Of a stretch of 64,000 nt of DNA, positions 42,192-53,205 are shown one piece after another; the first letter of the stretch is position 1; the number at the start of each line of letters is the position of its first letter. The translations under genes were made by a program, and so were the position numbers. Source of the DNA: an uncultured Actinomycetes bacterium (GTDB lineage Bacteria > Actinomycetota > UBA4738 > HRBIN12); contig CAVTOC010000005.1 of the NCBI GenBank assembly GCA_963736335.1, positions 506,428-570,427 of the forward strand, given 5' to 3'. The notes beneath the pieces were generated by a model. It worked only from the letters and a program-made list of their open reading frames with translations. It ran no database searches and was not told the origin of the DNA.

Positions 42192-42854
42192 GTGACGCCG
42201 AAGACCGCACTCACACGCACGAGCCCGATCGAGGAGCGAGCGCCCGAGATCATCAAGCGGCTCTCGAAGGCGTACCCCGACGCCCACGTGGCACTCAACT
42301 TCACGAACCCGTTGGAGTGCCTGATCGCGACGATCCTGTCGGCGCAATGCACCGACGAGCGCGTGAACATGGTGACCAAGACGCTGTTCGCGAAGTACCG
42401 GACCGCGAAGGACTACCTCGAGGTGCCCGAGGCGAAGCTGGCGGCCGATATCAAGCCCACCGGGTTCTTCAACCAGAAGACGAAGTCGATCCGCGGCGCG
42501 TGCGCCAGGATCGTCGAGGTGTACGGCGGCACGGTTCCGAACACCATGGAGGACCTGATCACGCTGCCGGGCGTCGCCCGCAAGACCGCGAACATCGTGC
42601 TCGGTAACTCCTACGGCGTCGTCGAGGGCATCGCGGTGGACACCCACGTTCGCCGGCTCGCCGAGCGGCTCGGGTTCAGCGCCGAGAAGGACCCCGACAA
42701 GATCGAGCGCGACCTGATGCGCCTCGTCCCGAAGAAGCGATGGTTCGACTTCACGTACGTGATCATCGACCACGGCCGGGCGATCTGCGTCGCTCGCACG
42801 CCCCGATGCGCCGACTGCCCGGTGAACGACCTCTGTCCGTCGAGCCTGGTGTGA
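42192..42854 (+). CDS. nth: Endonuclease III
   Basis: LIATILSAQCTD, HhH LPGVARKTAN, VDTH, CxxxxxxCxxCxxxxxC [4Fe-4S] motif. Confidence 0.95.
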   Translation: MTPKTALTRTSPIEERAPEIIKRLSKAYPDAHVALNFTNPLECLIATILSAQCTDERVNMVTKTLFAKYRTAKDYLEVPEAKLAADIKPTGFFNQKTKSIRGACARIVEVYGGTVPNTMEDLITLPGVARKTANIVLGNSYGVVEGIAVDTHVRRLAERLGFSAEKDPDKIERDLMRLVPKKRWFDFTYVIIDHGRAICVARTPRCADCPVNDLCPSSLV

Positions 42855-42859
42855 CGGCG

Positions 42860-43153
42860 CTATCGGGCGCCGACGGTCGTCAACGCTCGCCGGCGCCGTC
42901 GCCGGAGCTCGCGACGTTCGTCCTCATCGAGCCCGCCCCACACGCCCGCATCCTGAGCGGTCACGAGCGACCACTCGAGGCACTCGTCGCGGACCGGACA
43001 CGCCAGGCACACCGCCTTCGCGCGCGCCGTCTGCACGGTGACATGCCCCGGGGGTCCCATCGGGAAGAACAACTCCGGATCCTCCCCGATGCAGGCCGCA
43101 CCCGCGATCCAGGTCGTCTGGTCCGGGTCGTGCCTGAATCTTCGTTCAATCAT
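42860..43153 (-). CDS. WhiB family transcriptional regulator (WhiB1-like)
   Basis: AAC..EDPELFFP, AKAVC..CPV...CL, GVWGGLDEDERR. Confidence 0.92.
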   Translation of the reverse strand: MIERRFRHDPDQTTWIAGAACIGEDPELFFPMGPPGHVTVQTARAKAVCLACPVRDECLEWSLVTAQDAGVWGGLDEDERRELRRRRRRALTTVGAR

Positions 43154-43229
43154 GCGACACCGTTCGGTGCGGTCGGCAGTCGCCGGATGGGACGCCGAGT
43201 GAGTTACGGACAGGAACTGGGCGAGCGTA

Positions 43230-44015
43230 GTGTCTGAACGAAGATTCAGTCAAGAGGACGGAAGGCTCGTCGTCGCGCATCGCGGCGACTCCGCGCACGA
43301 GGCCGAGAACACGATCCCGGCGTTCGAATCAGCGATCGCGGCAGGTGCCGACGTGGTCGAGTTCGACGTGCGGATGACCGCCGACGACGTGGCGGTGGTC
43401 ATGCACGATCCCGATGTCTCGCGGACCACGGACGGCGCCGGTCTGGTGCGCGACCTGCACCTCGTCGAGATCAAGCGCCTGCGCATCCGCACCACCGACG
43501 GGGGCGACACCGAGGTCCCGACCCTCGAGGAAACGCTGCGGTGCCTGTCCGGCCGGGCGGCCGCCGACGTGGAGATCAAGAACATCCCCGGAGAGCCGGA
43601 CTTCGAGGGCTCGAGGGAGCTCGCCGTCGAGGCGACGCTGCATGCCCTGGAGACGGTCGGCTTCGAGGGGTTCGCGCTGATCTCGAGCTTCAACCCGCTC
43701 TCGATCGCGCGCTCACGGGAGCTGGCGCCCGACGTCCCCACGGGGTTGTTGACGACCGAGGACGTGGAGGCCCGGGTCGCGCTCGGGTTCGCGCACGGCC
43801 AGGGGCACGGCTGGGTGCTGCCGTACACGGCCGCCGTCCTGGCCGCTGGCCCGTCGCTCGCGCAGGACACGCACGATCTGGGCATGCGGCTCGGGACGTG
43901 GATCACGGACGATCCCGTCCTGGCGATCGAGCTGATGCGGGTCGGCGTGGACGCGGTGGCCACGAACGATCCGGCCGCCGTCGTGGCCGCCCGGAGCGAG
44001 GCGTTCGCCGAGTGA
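43230..44015 (+). CDS. Glycerophosphodiester phosphodiesterase
   Basis: AHRG, ENT, EFDV, HD, PTLEE, EIK, ISSF, TNDP. Confidence 0.92.
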   Translation: MSERRFSQEDGRLVVAHRGDSAHEAENTIPAFESAIAAGADVVEFDVRMTADDVAVVMHDPDVSRTTDGAGLVRDLHLVEIKRLRIRTTDGGDTEVPTLEETLRCLSGRAAADVEIKNIPGEPDFEGSRELAVEATLHALETVGFEGFALISSFNPLSIARSRELAPDVPTGLLTTEDVEARVALGFAHGQGHGWVLPYTAAVLAAGPSLAQDTHDLGMRLGTWITDDPVLAIELMRVGVDAVATNDPAAVVAARSEAFAE

Positions 44016-44416
44016 TCCTGCGTCGCAGGCGATCCACGGCGGAGGTCCAGTCGTCGTTCGCGGCCTTCCACGACGTGCTCGCGCACCTGGAGCCGGCCAA
44101 GGCCGCGCTCACCGAGGTCATGCCCACGACGCGGATGCCCGGACGCCCGCTCCCCGACGCCCTCGCGGAGTTCGAGGAAGGTCTGGATCGCTCGCAGGCC
44201 CTCATGCCGGCGTGGCGCGCGGCGGCGATCGAGCCTGAGTGGATCGCGTGCGAACGGGGGCTGGCGCAGGCGCGTGACCGGGCACGCCGGTTCCGGGAGG
44301 ATGCCCCGGAGCTGGGCGGGTTCGAGGGCCTGATCTGGGCCGTGGAGGAGCTGATGGCTCCGCTCGACGCGTTCGCGACGGCGGCGGAACGCTTCCGCGA
44401 GCTCGGCGCCCGCTGA
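44012..44416 (+). CDS. Hypothetical helical protein
   Basis: GTG overlapping upstream stop (GTGA); C-terminal part of ORF 43541..44416 with good coding bias. Confidence 0.55.
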   Translation: MILRRRRSTAEVQSSFAAFHDVLAHLEPAKAALTEVMPTTRMPGRPLPDALAEFEEGLDRSQALMPAWRAAAIEPEWIACERGLAQARDRARRFREDAPELGGFEGLIWAVEELMAPLDAFATAAERFRELGAR

Positions 44417-44516
44417 GGGTCGGGAAGCCACGGCCGCGATAGCCTTCCCCGCCGAGTCCTTCCGGGACGTCGACGAACATCAAGCCGAAGACCAGCCATC
44501 GACCAGGAGGAACGCG

Positions 44517-45833
44517 GTGCCCACGATCGAGATGAAGACCGAGCTGCCCGGTCCGAAGTCGCGCGCCATCATCGAGCGGAAGGAACGGGTCGTGTGCGAC
44601 CCGCTCGACCTGCACGTGAACGCCGTCATCGACCATGGGTTCGGCGCCGCGGTCACGGACGTCGACGGCAACACCATGCTCGATCTGTCGAGCGGCCTCG
44701 GCTGCCTCATGGTCGGCCACTCGCACCCGAAGGTCGTCGAGGCGGTCCAGCGGCAGGCCGCGAAGTTCTCCCACACCGATTTCTCCGTGGTCCCGTACGA
44801 GGTCTACGTGGACCTCGCCGAGCGGCTGGTCGATCGCGTCGGGCCGGGGCGGAAGGTGGCGCTGTTCAACTCGGGGGCGGAGGCCGTCGAGAACGCCGTC
44901 AAGTTCGCCAAGGCGGCGACGGGCCGGCCCGCGGTGATCTGCTTCGAGGGCGCGTTCCACGGACGGACGCTGCTCACCATGAGTCTCACCAGCCGGCACA
45001 CGCCGTACAAGCGGGGGTTCGGGCCGTTCGCGGCGGAGATCTACCGCGTGCCGTTCAGCTACCCCTACCGCGACGACGATCCGAGCGGCCGAGCAGCCCT
45101 GGCGGACGTCGAGCGAGCGTTCACGACCGTCGTCGATCCGAGCTCGGTGGCCGCGGTCATCTTCGAGCCGGTGCTGGGCGAGGGCGGGTACGTCGTCCCG
45201 GGACCGGAGTTCCTGCCGGGGGTCGAGGCGTTCTGCCGCCAGCACGGCATCGTCACGATCGCCGATGAGATCCAGTCCGGGTTCGGCCGCACGGGGAAGT
45301 TCCTGGCGGGCGACCACTTCGGCCTGGAACCCGACATCGTGGTCCTCGCGAAGGCGCTCGCCGCCGGATACCCGCTGTCCGCCGTGGTCGGCCGCGGCGA
45401 GATCATGGACGCGCCCGGCCCCTCGGCGATCGGCGGCACGTACGTCGGGAACCCCGTCGCCTGCGCCGCCGCGATCGCGGTCCTCGACGTGATCGAGGAG
45501 GAGGGCCTGGTCGAACGCGCGGAGGTCGTCGGCAAGGCGATCCGCACGCGGTGGGAGCAGCTCGCGGTCGACATCCCCGAGATCGGCGACGTCCGCGGCC
45601 TCGGATCGATGATCGGCGTCGAGATGGTGGCCGACCGCGGAACCAAGGTACCCGATGGGGCATACCTCGGTCGCCTGTTGGGCGAGACGCAGCGTCGGGG
45701 GCTCATCACCGTGTCGTGCGGCGTGTATCACAACGTGCTGCGCCACCTGCCGCCGCTCGTGATCACCGACGACCAGCTGGACGAGGCGTTGGACGTGCTG
45801 GCGGACTCCGCCCTCGCGGCGCGGGGGACCTGA
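44517..45833 (+). CDS. gabT: Class III aminotransferase, 4-aminobutyrate aminotransferase-like
   Basis: DVDGN, NSGAEAVENAVK, FHGRT, EPVLGEGG, DEIQSGFGRTG, AK, GGTY.GNP; RBS AGGAGG. Confidence 0.8.
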   Translation: MPTIEMKTELPGPKSRAIIERKERVVCDPLDLHVNAVIDHGFGAAVTDVDGNTMLDLSSGLGCLMVGHSHPKVVEAVQRQAAKFSHTDFSVVPYEVYVDLAERLVDRVGPGRKVALFNSGAEAVENAVKFAKAATGRPAVICFEGAFHGRTLLTMSLTSRHTPYKRGFGPFAAEIYRVPFSYPYRDDDPSGRAALADVERAFTTVVDPSSVAAVIFEPVLGEGGYVVPGPEFLPGVEAFCRQHGIVTIADEIQSGFGRTGKFLAGDHFGLEPDIVVLAKALAAGYPLSAVVGRGEIMDAPGPSAIGGTYVGNPVACAAAIAVLDVIEEEGLVERAEVVGKAIRTRWEQLAVDIPEIGDVRGLGSMIGVEMVADRGTKVPDGAYLGRLLGETQRRGLITVSCGVYHNVLRHLPPLVITDDQLDEALDVLADSALAARGT

Positions 45834-45836
45834 TCC

Positions 45837-46527
45837 GTGCAGGCGGACGAACGACCCGTCGGCGAGCCGGTCGGGACGACGCCCGCGAAACGGCCCGCCC
45901 GTGCTCCGCTGGAGGGGAGGTTCGTCACGCTCGTCCCCGTGGACCCGGAGGCGCACGCTCACGGGCTGTTCGCGTCCTCGCACGACGGCAGCGACGAGGC
46001 GGCGCACGTGTGGACGTACCTGGCGTACGGGCCGTGGCCGGACGAGGCCGCGATGCGCACGTGGCTGGACCTCTTGCCGGCGTCGGAGGACCCATTGTTC
46101 CTCACCGTGATCGGAGCGTTCGACGGGCGATCCCGTCGGCATCGTCACGTTCATGAGCGTCGATCCGGCGATGCGGCACCTGGAGCTCGGCAACATCTGG
46201 TATTCGCCGCGCGCGCAGCGGACGCGCGCGAACACCGAGTCGGTCTACCTGATGCTCCGCGAGGCATTCGGGGAACTGGGCCACCGGCGGGTCGAATGGA
46301 AATGCGATGCGCTGAACGCCCGGTCCCGCGCGGCGGCCGAGCGGCTGGGCTTCACGTTCGAGGGGATCTTCCGCCAGCACATGATCATCAAGGGCCGCAA
46401 CCGCGACACCGCCTGGTACTCGATGCTGGACCACGAGTGGCCGGCCGTACGCGCGAACCTCGAGCGGTGGCTCGACGAGGATCCGCCGCCTTCCTTGCGC
46501 GAGCTGAACGCCGCGCTCCGATCATGA
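45837..46527 (+). CDS. GNAT family N-acetyltransferase (RimJ/RimL-like); frameshift near 46125
   Basis: LEGRFVTL, WTYL.YGP, ELGNIWYS, RRVEWKCDALN..S..AA.RLGF.FEGIFRQH, RNRDTAWYS. Confidence 0.87.
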
Positions 46528-48167
46528 CCACGCTCGCGGCCCTCGTCGGCGTCGAGAAGTCGTTCGGCTCGTGGACGGTCTTCAAGGAGCTCGACTTCGA
46601 GGTCGTCGATGGCGCGCGGATCGGCATCGTCGGTCCGAACGGTGCCGGCAAGTCCACGCTGCTGCGGCTCCTCGCCGACCTCGAACAGCCCTCGGCCGGA
46701 GAGGTCGTGCGCCGCCGTGGACTGGTGGCTGCGTACCTGGACCAGAACCCCGACGGCGACGAGCGCACCGCGGAGGCGACGGTCATGGCCGCGCGCCCCG
46801 ACGTGGCCGAGCTGGACGGCCAGCTCCGCGCGGTGGAGCAGGAGCTCGCCCGCCCCGACGTGATCGCCGACCTTGCGCGGATGGACGCGCGTCCTCGAGC
46901 GGCAGCAGGGATTGCTGGATCGGTGGGTCGAGATCGGCGGACCCGGCCTGGCCGGGCAGGTGCGCAGCCAGCTCCTCTCGCTCGACATCCCCGAGGAGGA
47001 CCTGGCGTTGCCGACGAGCCAGCTCTCCGGCGGCCAGCGGAAGCTCGTCGCGCTGGCGGCGTGCCTGATCACGCAGCCGGACCTCCTGCTGCTGGACGAG
47101 CCGGAGACCCACCTGGACGCCGATCGTCGCGGCCAGCTCGAGGAGCTGATCGCCGCCTTTCCGGGCGGTGTGGTCGCGGTGTCGCACGACCGCTACCTGC
47201 TCGACGACACCGTCGACCACATCGCCGAGCTCGACAACGGGAAGATCACGATGTGGCCGGGCAACTACTCGGCGTTCGCGGTGGCGAAGCAGATCGCGCT
47301 GCATCGCCAGCAGCAGCTGTACGTCACGCAGCAGAAGGAGATCGCGCGCCTGGAGGAGGCGATCGCCCGGTTCAAGCTGTGGGCGAGCATCGTGGTCAAC
47401 GAGCGCCACATCAAGCAGGCGCGGAACAAGCAGCGGCAGATCGACCGGATGGACAAGATCGACCGGCCGGTGTTCGAGCGGCGGAAGATCGCCCTGGAGA
47501 TGCGGTCCGCGCAGCGCGGCGGACAGAAGATCGTCGAGCTCCGCGACGTCACGATGGCGTTCGACGACGACCCGGTGCTGCTGGACGTCGACCTGACGAT
47601 CACGCGTGGCGAGCGGGTCGGGGTGATCGGCGCGAACGGTGCGGGCAAGAGCGTGCTCGGGCAAGGTCCTGGAGGGACAGATGGAGCCGACCGCGGGCGT
47701 GCGATGGGCCGGGCCCTCGGTCGTGTTCGGCTACCTGGCGCAGGGGCACGAGACCGAGCCGCCGCACCTCACGCCGATCGAGTTCGTCCGCAACGCGAAG
47801 CCGATGTACGAGGAAGATGCCGTCTCGCTGCTCGGACGGTTCCTGTTCCGGTACGAGCAGATGCGGCAACCGGTCGGCACGCTGTCGGGCGGGGAGCGGA
47901 CGCGTCTGCAGCTCTGCCTGCTGATGCTCGGCGGCGCGAACTGCCTGCTCCTCGACGAGCCGACGAACCACCTGGACATCGAGAGCATGGAGGTCCTGGA
48001 ATCGGCGCTGGAGTCGGTTCGACGGCACGGCGATCGTGATCTCGCACGACCGCTACCTCCTGGATCGCATCCCGGACCGGATCATCGAGGTGCGCGACGG
48101 ACAGGTGACGAGTCACATCGGCGGCTACGACGACTGGGCGGCCGCTCGCGCTGTCCGTTCATCGTGA
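46524..48167 (+). CDS. ABC-F family ribosome-associated ATPase; frameshifts near 46888, 47660, 48017
   Basis: Two ATPase domains without TMs: [34 protein letters not shown]; GANGAGKS, LSGGE, LDEPTNHLD, ISHDRY. Confidence 0.88.
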
Positions 48168-48185
48168 GCGGTACGCTCGCGGGGT

Positions 48186-48860
48186 ATGTCCCTGGATGAG
48201 CTGCTCGCCACGCTGGATCACGAGTGCCGCCTCTTCATCGCCGTCGCGGCCGAGCTGCCGCCGGACGCGTTCATGCGACCGACCCGATGTTCCCCGTGGG
48301 ACGTGCGGATCCTGGTCGGGACAGTGGTGCGGGACCTGGACCGCGTCCTCACCTACCTCGACGAACCGGCGCCGGACATCGCGATGAGCGATGCCATCTC
48401 GTACTTCCAGAGCTACGACGCGCGCGCCGAAGGCCCGGCCATCACGGCGGGATCGACGGAGGCCGCCGATCGGTTCGGGTCGACGGGGGAGTTGGTGCGA
48501 GGCCTCGGTGAGACGTTGCAGCGATGCGTGGAGGTGGCCGGTGCGAACGAGCCAGGGAGGCTGCTCCGGACCCGCCTCACCACGATCCGGCTCGACGAGT
48601 TCCTGAAGACGCGCGTCCTCGAGGTCGGCGTCCACGGACTCGACCTGGGGGAGGCGATCGGTCGCGACCCGTGGCTCTCGCCGGCCGCAGCGGTGACGAT
48701 CCTGGCCATATTGACGGGACTGCTCGGCGAGGACCCTTCGGCGTCACTCGGTTGGTCCGACCTGACGTTCATCGAGACCGGGACCGGGCGGCGCCCGCTC
48801 ACGAGCGCCGAGCGGTCGTTCCTGGGAGGCCGGTCGGACCGGTTCCCGCTCCTGGCATGA
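48186..48860 (+). CDS. Mycothiol-dependent maleylpyruvate isomerase (MDMPI/DinB-superfamily) protein
   Basis: [23 protein letters not shown]. Confidence 0.75.
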   Translation: MSLDELLATLDHECRLFIAVAAELPPDAFMRPTRCSPWDVRILVGTVVRDLDRVLTYLDEPAPDIAMSDAISYFQSYDARAEGPAITAGSTEAADRFGSTGELVRGLGETLQRCVEVAGANEPGRLLRTRLTTIRLDEFLKTRVLEVGVHGLDLGEAIGRDPWLSPAAAVTILAILTGLLGEDPSASLGWSDLTFIETGTGRRPLTSAERSFLGGRSDRFPLLA

Positions 48861-49550
48861 CCGCAGGGGAGCTCGGCCGGATCGAGGCCGACGTCATCGC
48901 GTGCCGGGCGTGCCCGCGACTGGTCGACTGGCGCGAGCAGGTGGCGCGCGTGAAGGTCGCACGCTTCGCCGATCAGGAGTACTGGGGCAGGCCGGTGCCG
49001 GGGTTCGGCGATCCTCAGGCGCGCCTGCTGATCCTCGGGCTCGCGCCGGCGGCGCACGGCGGCAATCGCACCGGCCGGATCTTCACCGGCGATCGCTCGG
49101 GCGACTTCCTCTTCGCGTCGTTGCATCGGAGCGGCCTCGCCAACCACGCGACGTCGGAGGCGCGCGGTGATGGTCTCGAGCTGAGGTGCGCGTACATCAG
49201 CGCGGTGAACCGCTGCGCGCCGCCGGGGAACAAGCCGACGCCCGGAGGAGCGCGACACCTGCCTGCCGTTCCTCGAACGGGAGATCGCGGCGCTCGAGCG
49301 GTTGCGTGTGATCGTGGCGCTCGGCGCGTTCGCGTGGGACGGCGCGCTGCGGGCGCTCGCCGCGCTGGGCCACCCGACGCGGCCGAAGCCACGGTTCGGC
49401 CATGCCGCGGAGGTCGAGGTCGGCCGGTTCACGCTGGTGGGCTGCTTCCATCCCAGCCAGCAGAACACGTTCACCGGCAGGCTCACGCCGGCGATGCTCG
49501 ATGACGTCTTCACGCGTGCGCTCGACCTGGCGGGCTGTCGCGGTGTTTGA
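48857..49550 (+). CDS. Uracil-DNA glycosylase, family 5 (UdgB-like); frameshift near 49245
   Basis: [57 protein letters not shown]. Confidence 0.9.
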
Positions 49551-49607
49551 CCGAGGGCCGGTGCGTCGATACCGTGCCGGCGACCGACACGGGAGGGTAA
49601 CCGGCTG

Positions 49608-50147
49608 ATGCGAACGTTCCGCGCGATCGCGGCCGCGGCTGTCGTGCTGCTCGTCTGCTTCCCGATCGGGTCGAGCGGAGCGGCGAGCCATCACGAGGGC
49701 CGTCACAACTGCACGATCACGGGGACGCCCGGTCCCGACACGTTGACCGGCACGACAGGTCACGACGTGATCTGCGGTCTCGGCGGGCGCGACGTCATCC
49801 ATGCCCGATCGGGAGCCGACACGGTGTTCGGCGGGGCGGGGAACGACACCATCTTCGGCGGCGGCGGCAACGACAGGCTCTACGGCGGCGCCGACCGCGA
49901 CCTGGTCCGCGGCCTGGGCGGGGACGACCGGGTCTTCGGCGGTCCGGCCTCCGACTTCCCGCTGACCGGCGACTTCGGCTCCGACGTCGTGAACGGGGGA
50001 GCGGGCAACGACGTCTGCGTCTCGGGCCTGGACGAGACCCACGGCAACGACACCGTGATCGGCGGTCCCGGCATCGACCACTACGAGCTCGATACCGGAG
50101 ACGCGCACAGCTCCGCCGAGATCCTCGGCTTCTGCATCAACGAGTAG
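49608..50147 (+). CDS. Secreted protein with hemolysin-type (RTX) Ca2+-binding nonapeptide repeats
   Basis: Signal peptide; CTITGT.G.D.L.GT.G.DVICG.GG.D and GGAGND/GGGGND repeats. Confidence 0.85.
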   Translation: MRTFRAIAAAAVVLLVCFPIGSSGAASHHEGRHNCTITGTPGPDTLTGTTGHDVICGLGGRDVIHARSGADTVFGGAGNDTIFGGGGNDRLYGGADRDLVRGLGGDDRVFGGPASDFPLTGDFGSDVVNGGAGNDVCVSGLDETHGNDTVIGGPGIDHYELDTGDAHSSAEILGFCINE

Positions 50148-50179
50148 CCGTATCACCGCTCGCCCGTATCCTGGGACGC

Positions 50180-52179
50180 ATGGGTCGTCACGGTCACTTC
50201 TTCGCCGCCCCGCTGTCCGAGGAGGACAAGCGCCCGATCTCGCGCACGACCGTCCGCCGCGTCGTCGCCACCTTCCGCCCGTACCGGCGGCGGGTCGCCG
50301 TCGTCGCGATCGCATCATCGTGATCCTCGGCGCTGGGCGTGGTCAACCCGCTCCTGATCAGGCAGGTCTTCGACAACGCGCTGTTCGGAACCCAGCACCG
50401 GGCCAACGCCGACTGCCGGGAGCCCATGCCCGACCTCCGCGCTCCTGTACCTTCTGGTCGCCCTGATGATCGCCGATCCCGATCATCACCGAGCACGATC
50501 GGCGTCGGGCAGACGTACCTGTCGAACCTCGTCGGCCTCCAGGTGATGCAGGACCTCCGCAACTCGCTCTACAAGCATCTGCAGTTCATGCCGCTCCGGT
50601 TCTTCACGACCACCCGGACCGGCGAGATCCAGTCGCGCCTGGCCAACGACGTCGGCGGCGTGCAGTCGGTCGTCACGACCACCGCGGCGAGCGCTCCTGG
50701 CGAACGTCGTCATCATCATCAGCACGCTCATCGCGATGCTGCTGATCTCGGTGCAGCTCACGGTCCTGTCGCTCTGCATCACGCCGATCTTCATGTGGCT
50801 GACCGTCAAGGTGGGACGCGCCCGCCGCGAGGTCGCCACCAGCACGCAGCAAGACGCTCGCGGACCTGACCGCGATCACGGAGGAGACGCTGCAGCGTCA
50901 GCGGGATCCTCCTGTCGAAGTCGTTCGGACGCCAGCGGCACGAGATCGGTCGCTATCGCGAGGAGAACGAGCGGCTCACCGGGCTTCACGATCCGCCAGA
51001 CGATGATCGGGCAGTCGTTCTTCGCGGTCGTCGGAACGTTCTTCTCGATCATGCCCGGCGCTCGTCGTACCTCGTCGCCGGCTGGGTGACGTCGAACAAC
51101 CCGGCGGCGATCACCGCGGGCGACATCGTGGCGCTTCACCACCCTGCAGTCGCGCATCTTCTTCCCGATCGGTTCGATGCTGCAGATCTCGAACGACGTG
51201 CAGACCTCGTTCGCGTTGTTCGACCGGATCTTCGAGTACCTGGATATGCCACAGGACATCCAGGACGATCCCGAGGCCGTGGTCATCAACCCCGAGCAGG
51301 TCCGCGGGCAGGTGCGCATGCGGCACGTCAAGTTCCGCTACGACACGCCGCCTCCCGATCAGATCCCCGTGTCGCCGTCCGACGAAGCGGCGACGCTGGC
51401 CGTCGACCAGGACGGGCCGCGGCCGTGGACGCTGGACGACGTCGACCTGGAGATCCTGCCCGGTCAGCTCGCGGCGCTCGTCGGCCCGAGCGGCGCCGGG
51501 AAGACCACGATCACGTATGTGGTTCCCCGCCTGTACGACGTGCAAGGAGGGCGCGGTCGAGATCGACGGCATCGACGTGCGGAAGATCGCGCTCGAGTCG
51601 CTCGGCGACATGGTCGGCGTGGTCACGCAGGAGACGTACCTGTTCCACACGACGATCCGCCGCAACCTGCTGTACGGCAAGCCCGAAGCGACCCAGGAGG
51701 AGCTGGAGGCCGCCGCTCGAGCCGCGAACATCCACGACCGGATCGCCGAGCTGGCCGAGGGGTACGACACGATCGTGGGTGAGCGCGGGTACAAGCTCTC
51801 CGGCGGCGAGAAGCAGCGCCTCGCGATCGCGCGCGTGGTCCTGAAGGACCCGCGGATCCTGATCCTCGACGAGGCCACGTCCAGCCTCGACACCAACTCG
51901 GAGCGCCTGGTGCAGGCGGCGCTGGAGCCGCTCATGGAGGGACGGACGACGATCGCCATCGCCCACCGGCTCTCGACCATCCTGAAGGCCGACGTGATCT
52001 TCGTGATCGACCGCGGCCGGGTCGCGGAGCGCGGTTCGCACGACGAACTCCTGGAGCAGGGCGGCCTGTACGCACAGCTCTACCAGCAACAGTTCAAGGG
52101 AGGGCTGGTGCAGGCGGAGTGCGAGGACGGCGTGATCCTGGCGGACGGGCAGGTCGTGCGGACGAGCAGCCTGCCGTAG
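50180..52179 (+). CDS. Fused permease/ATP-binding ABC exporter; many frameshifts
   Basis: [27 protein letters not shown]; [42 protein letters not shown]. Confidence 0.85.
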
Positions 52180-52194
52180 CGGCCGACCCCGCGG

Positions 52195-52683
52195 TCAGAG
52201 CTGCTTCGTGTACCCGAGCAGGACGAACCCGTCGGGGAACACGCGGTCCTCGGACCGTGCGTAGCCCAACGACGTGTACATCTCACGCGCGGCGCGCATC
52301 AGCGTGGTCGTGTGCAGCGTCATCCGCGTCCGGCCGGCGGCCCGTGCCCGCGCTTCGCAGGTAGCGATCAGCTGTTTCCCGACTCCCGCCCGGCGAATAC
52401 CGGGATCGACGCCGAGCATCCGGATGTGCGCCTCGTCGGGTGCGAGCGGCCCGGCGTCCTGGCTGGTCCGGCCGTCGAGCTCGAGCGTGGCTGAGCCGAC
52501 GATGCGATCGCCTTCCACCGCGACCAGGATCGTCGTCCTCGGTGCTCGTCCGGCAACGTCGGCGATCTCCTCGAGATACGTGTGCGGTTCGGTCTCGGAG
52601 AAGAACTCCCGGTAGGCGTTCGCCGTCACGACGCCCGTCTCCCCGTACTCCTCGGGACGCGCTTCACGGATCTCGATCGTCAT
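52195..52683 (-). CDS. GNAT family N-acetyltransferase
   Basis: IRMLGVDP..RRAGVGK.L, LHT...M.AA..MY..LGY. Confidence 0.88.
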   Translation of the reverse strand: MTIEIREARPEEYGETGVVTANAYREFFSETEPHTYLEEIADVAGRAPRTTILVAVEGDRIVGSATLELDGRTSQDAGPLAPDEAHIRMLGVDPGIRRAGVGKQLIATCEARARAAGRTRMTLHTTTLMRAAREMYTSLGYARSEDRVFPDGFVLLGYTKQL

Positions 52684-52756
52684 CTCGGTAGGCTACCCCG
52701 GCAGGATGGTCAGGTTGATTGACCATCGAGCTCCGGCGAGAGAGGATGGTGGCGAC

Positions 52757-53191
52757 GTGACCGACATCGACCTCTCCCGGCTGCTCCTCGAATCGCATCG
52801 CGTACTAGCCTCCGAGCTGGCCGCTTCGCTCGAGGAACGCGGCTACCTCGATCTGCGGCCCGGCCATTCCGCGGTGTTCCTGTACGTCGACCGCCGGTCG
52901 GGGACGAGGCTCACCGAGCTCGCGCGCCGGGCACGCGTCACGAAGCAGGGCATGATGCTCGTCGTGGACGATCTGGAGTCCCGCGGCTACGTCCGGCGGG
53001 TGCCGGATCCGGAGGACGCGCGAGCCAAGGTCGTGAAGCTCACCGCACACGGGCGCAGGGCCGCCGCGGAGTGCCGGCGCGTGGTCCAGGCGTTGGAGAC
53101 GCGCACGCGCCGCTCGCTCGGCGAGCGGCGCTACGAGGCGATGCGCGAGGGGCTGGACGAGATCGTGTCGGCGGGAGAGCGTCCGGTCTGA
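52757..53191 (+). CDS. MarR family transcriptional regulator
   Basis: GTRLTELARRARVTKQGM...VDDLE..GYV.R.PDP.DARAK.V.LT. Confidence 0.9.
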   Translation: MTDIDLSRLLLESHRVLASELAASLEERGYLDLRPGHSAVFLYVDRRSGTRLTELARRARVTKQGMMLVVDDLESRGYVRRVPDPEDARAKVVKLTAHGRRAAAECRRVVQALETRTRRSLGERRYEAMREGLDEIVSAGERPV

Positions 53192-53205
53192 GCAGCAGAC
53201 CGAGA

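Noticed and set aside
44417-44516. Possible structured leader upstream of gabT
   Set aside because: Only a weak GGGAAG/CTTCCC pairing; no terminator or recognisable aptamer.
49608-52179. RTX toxin with type I secretion system
   Set aside because: The repeat protein is small with a Sec-type signal peptide, and the neighbouring ABC exporter is a generic type with no membrane-fusion or outer-membrane partner.
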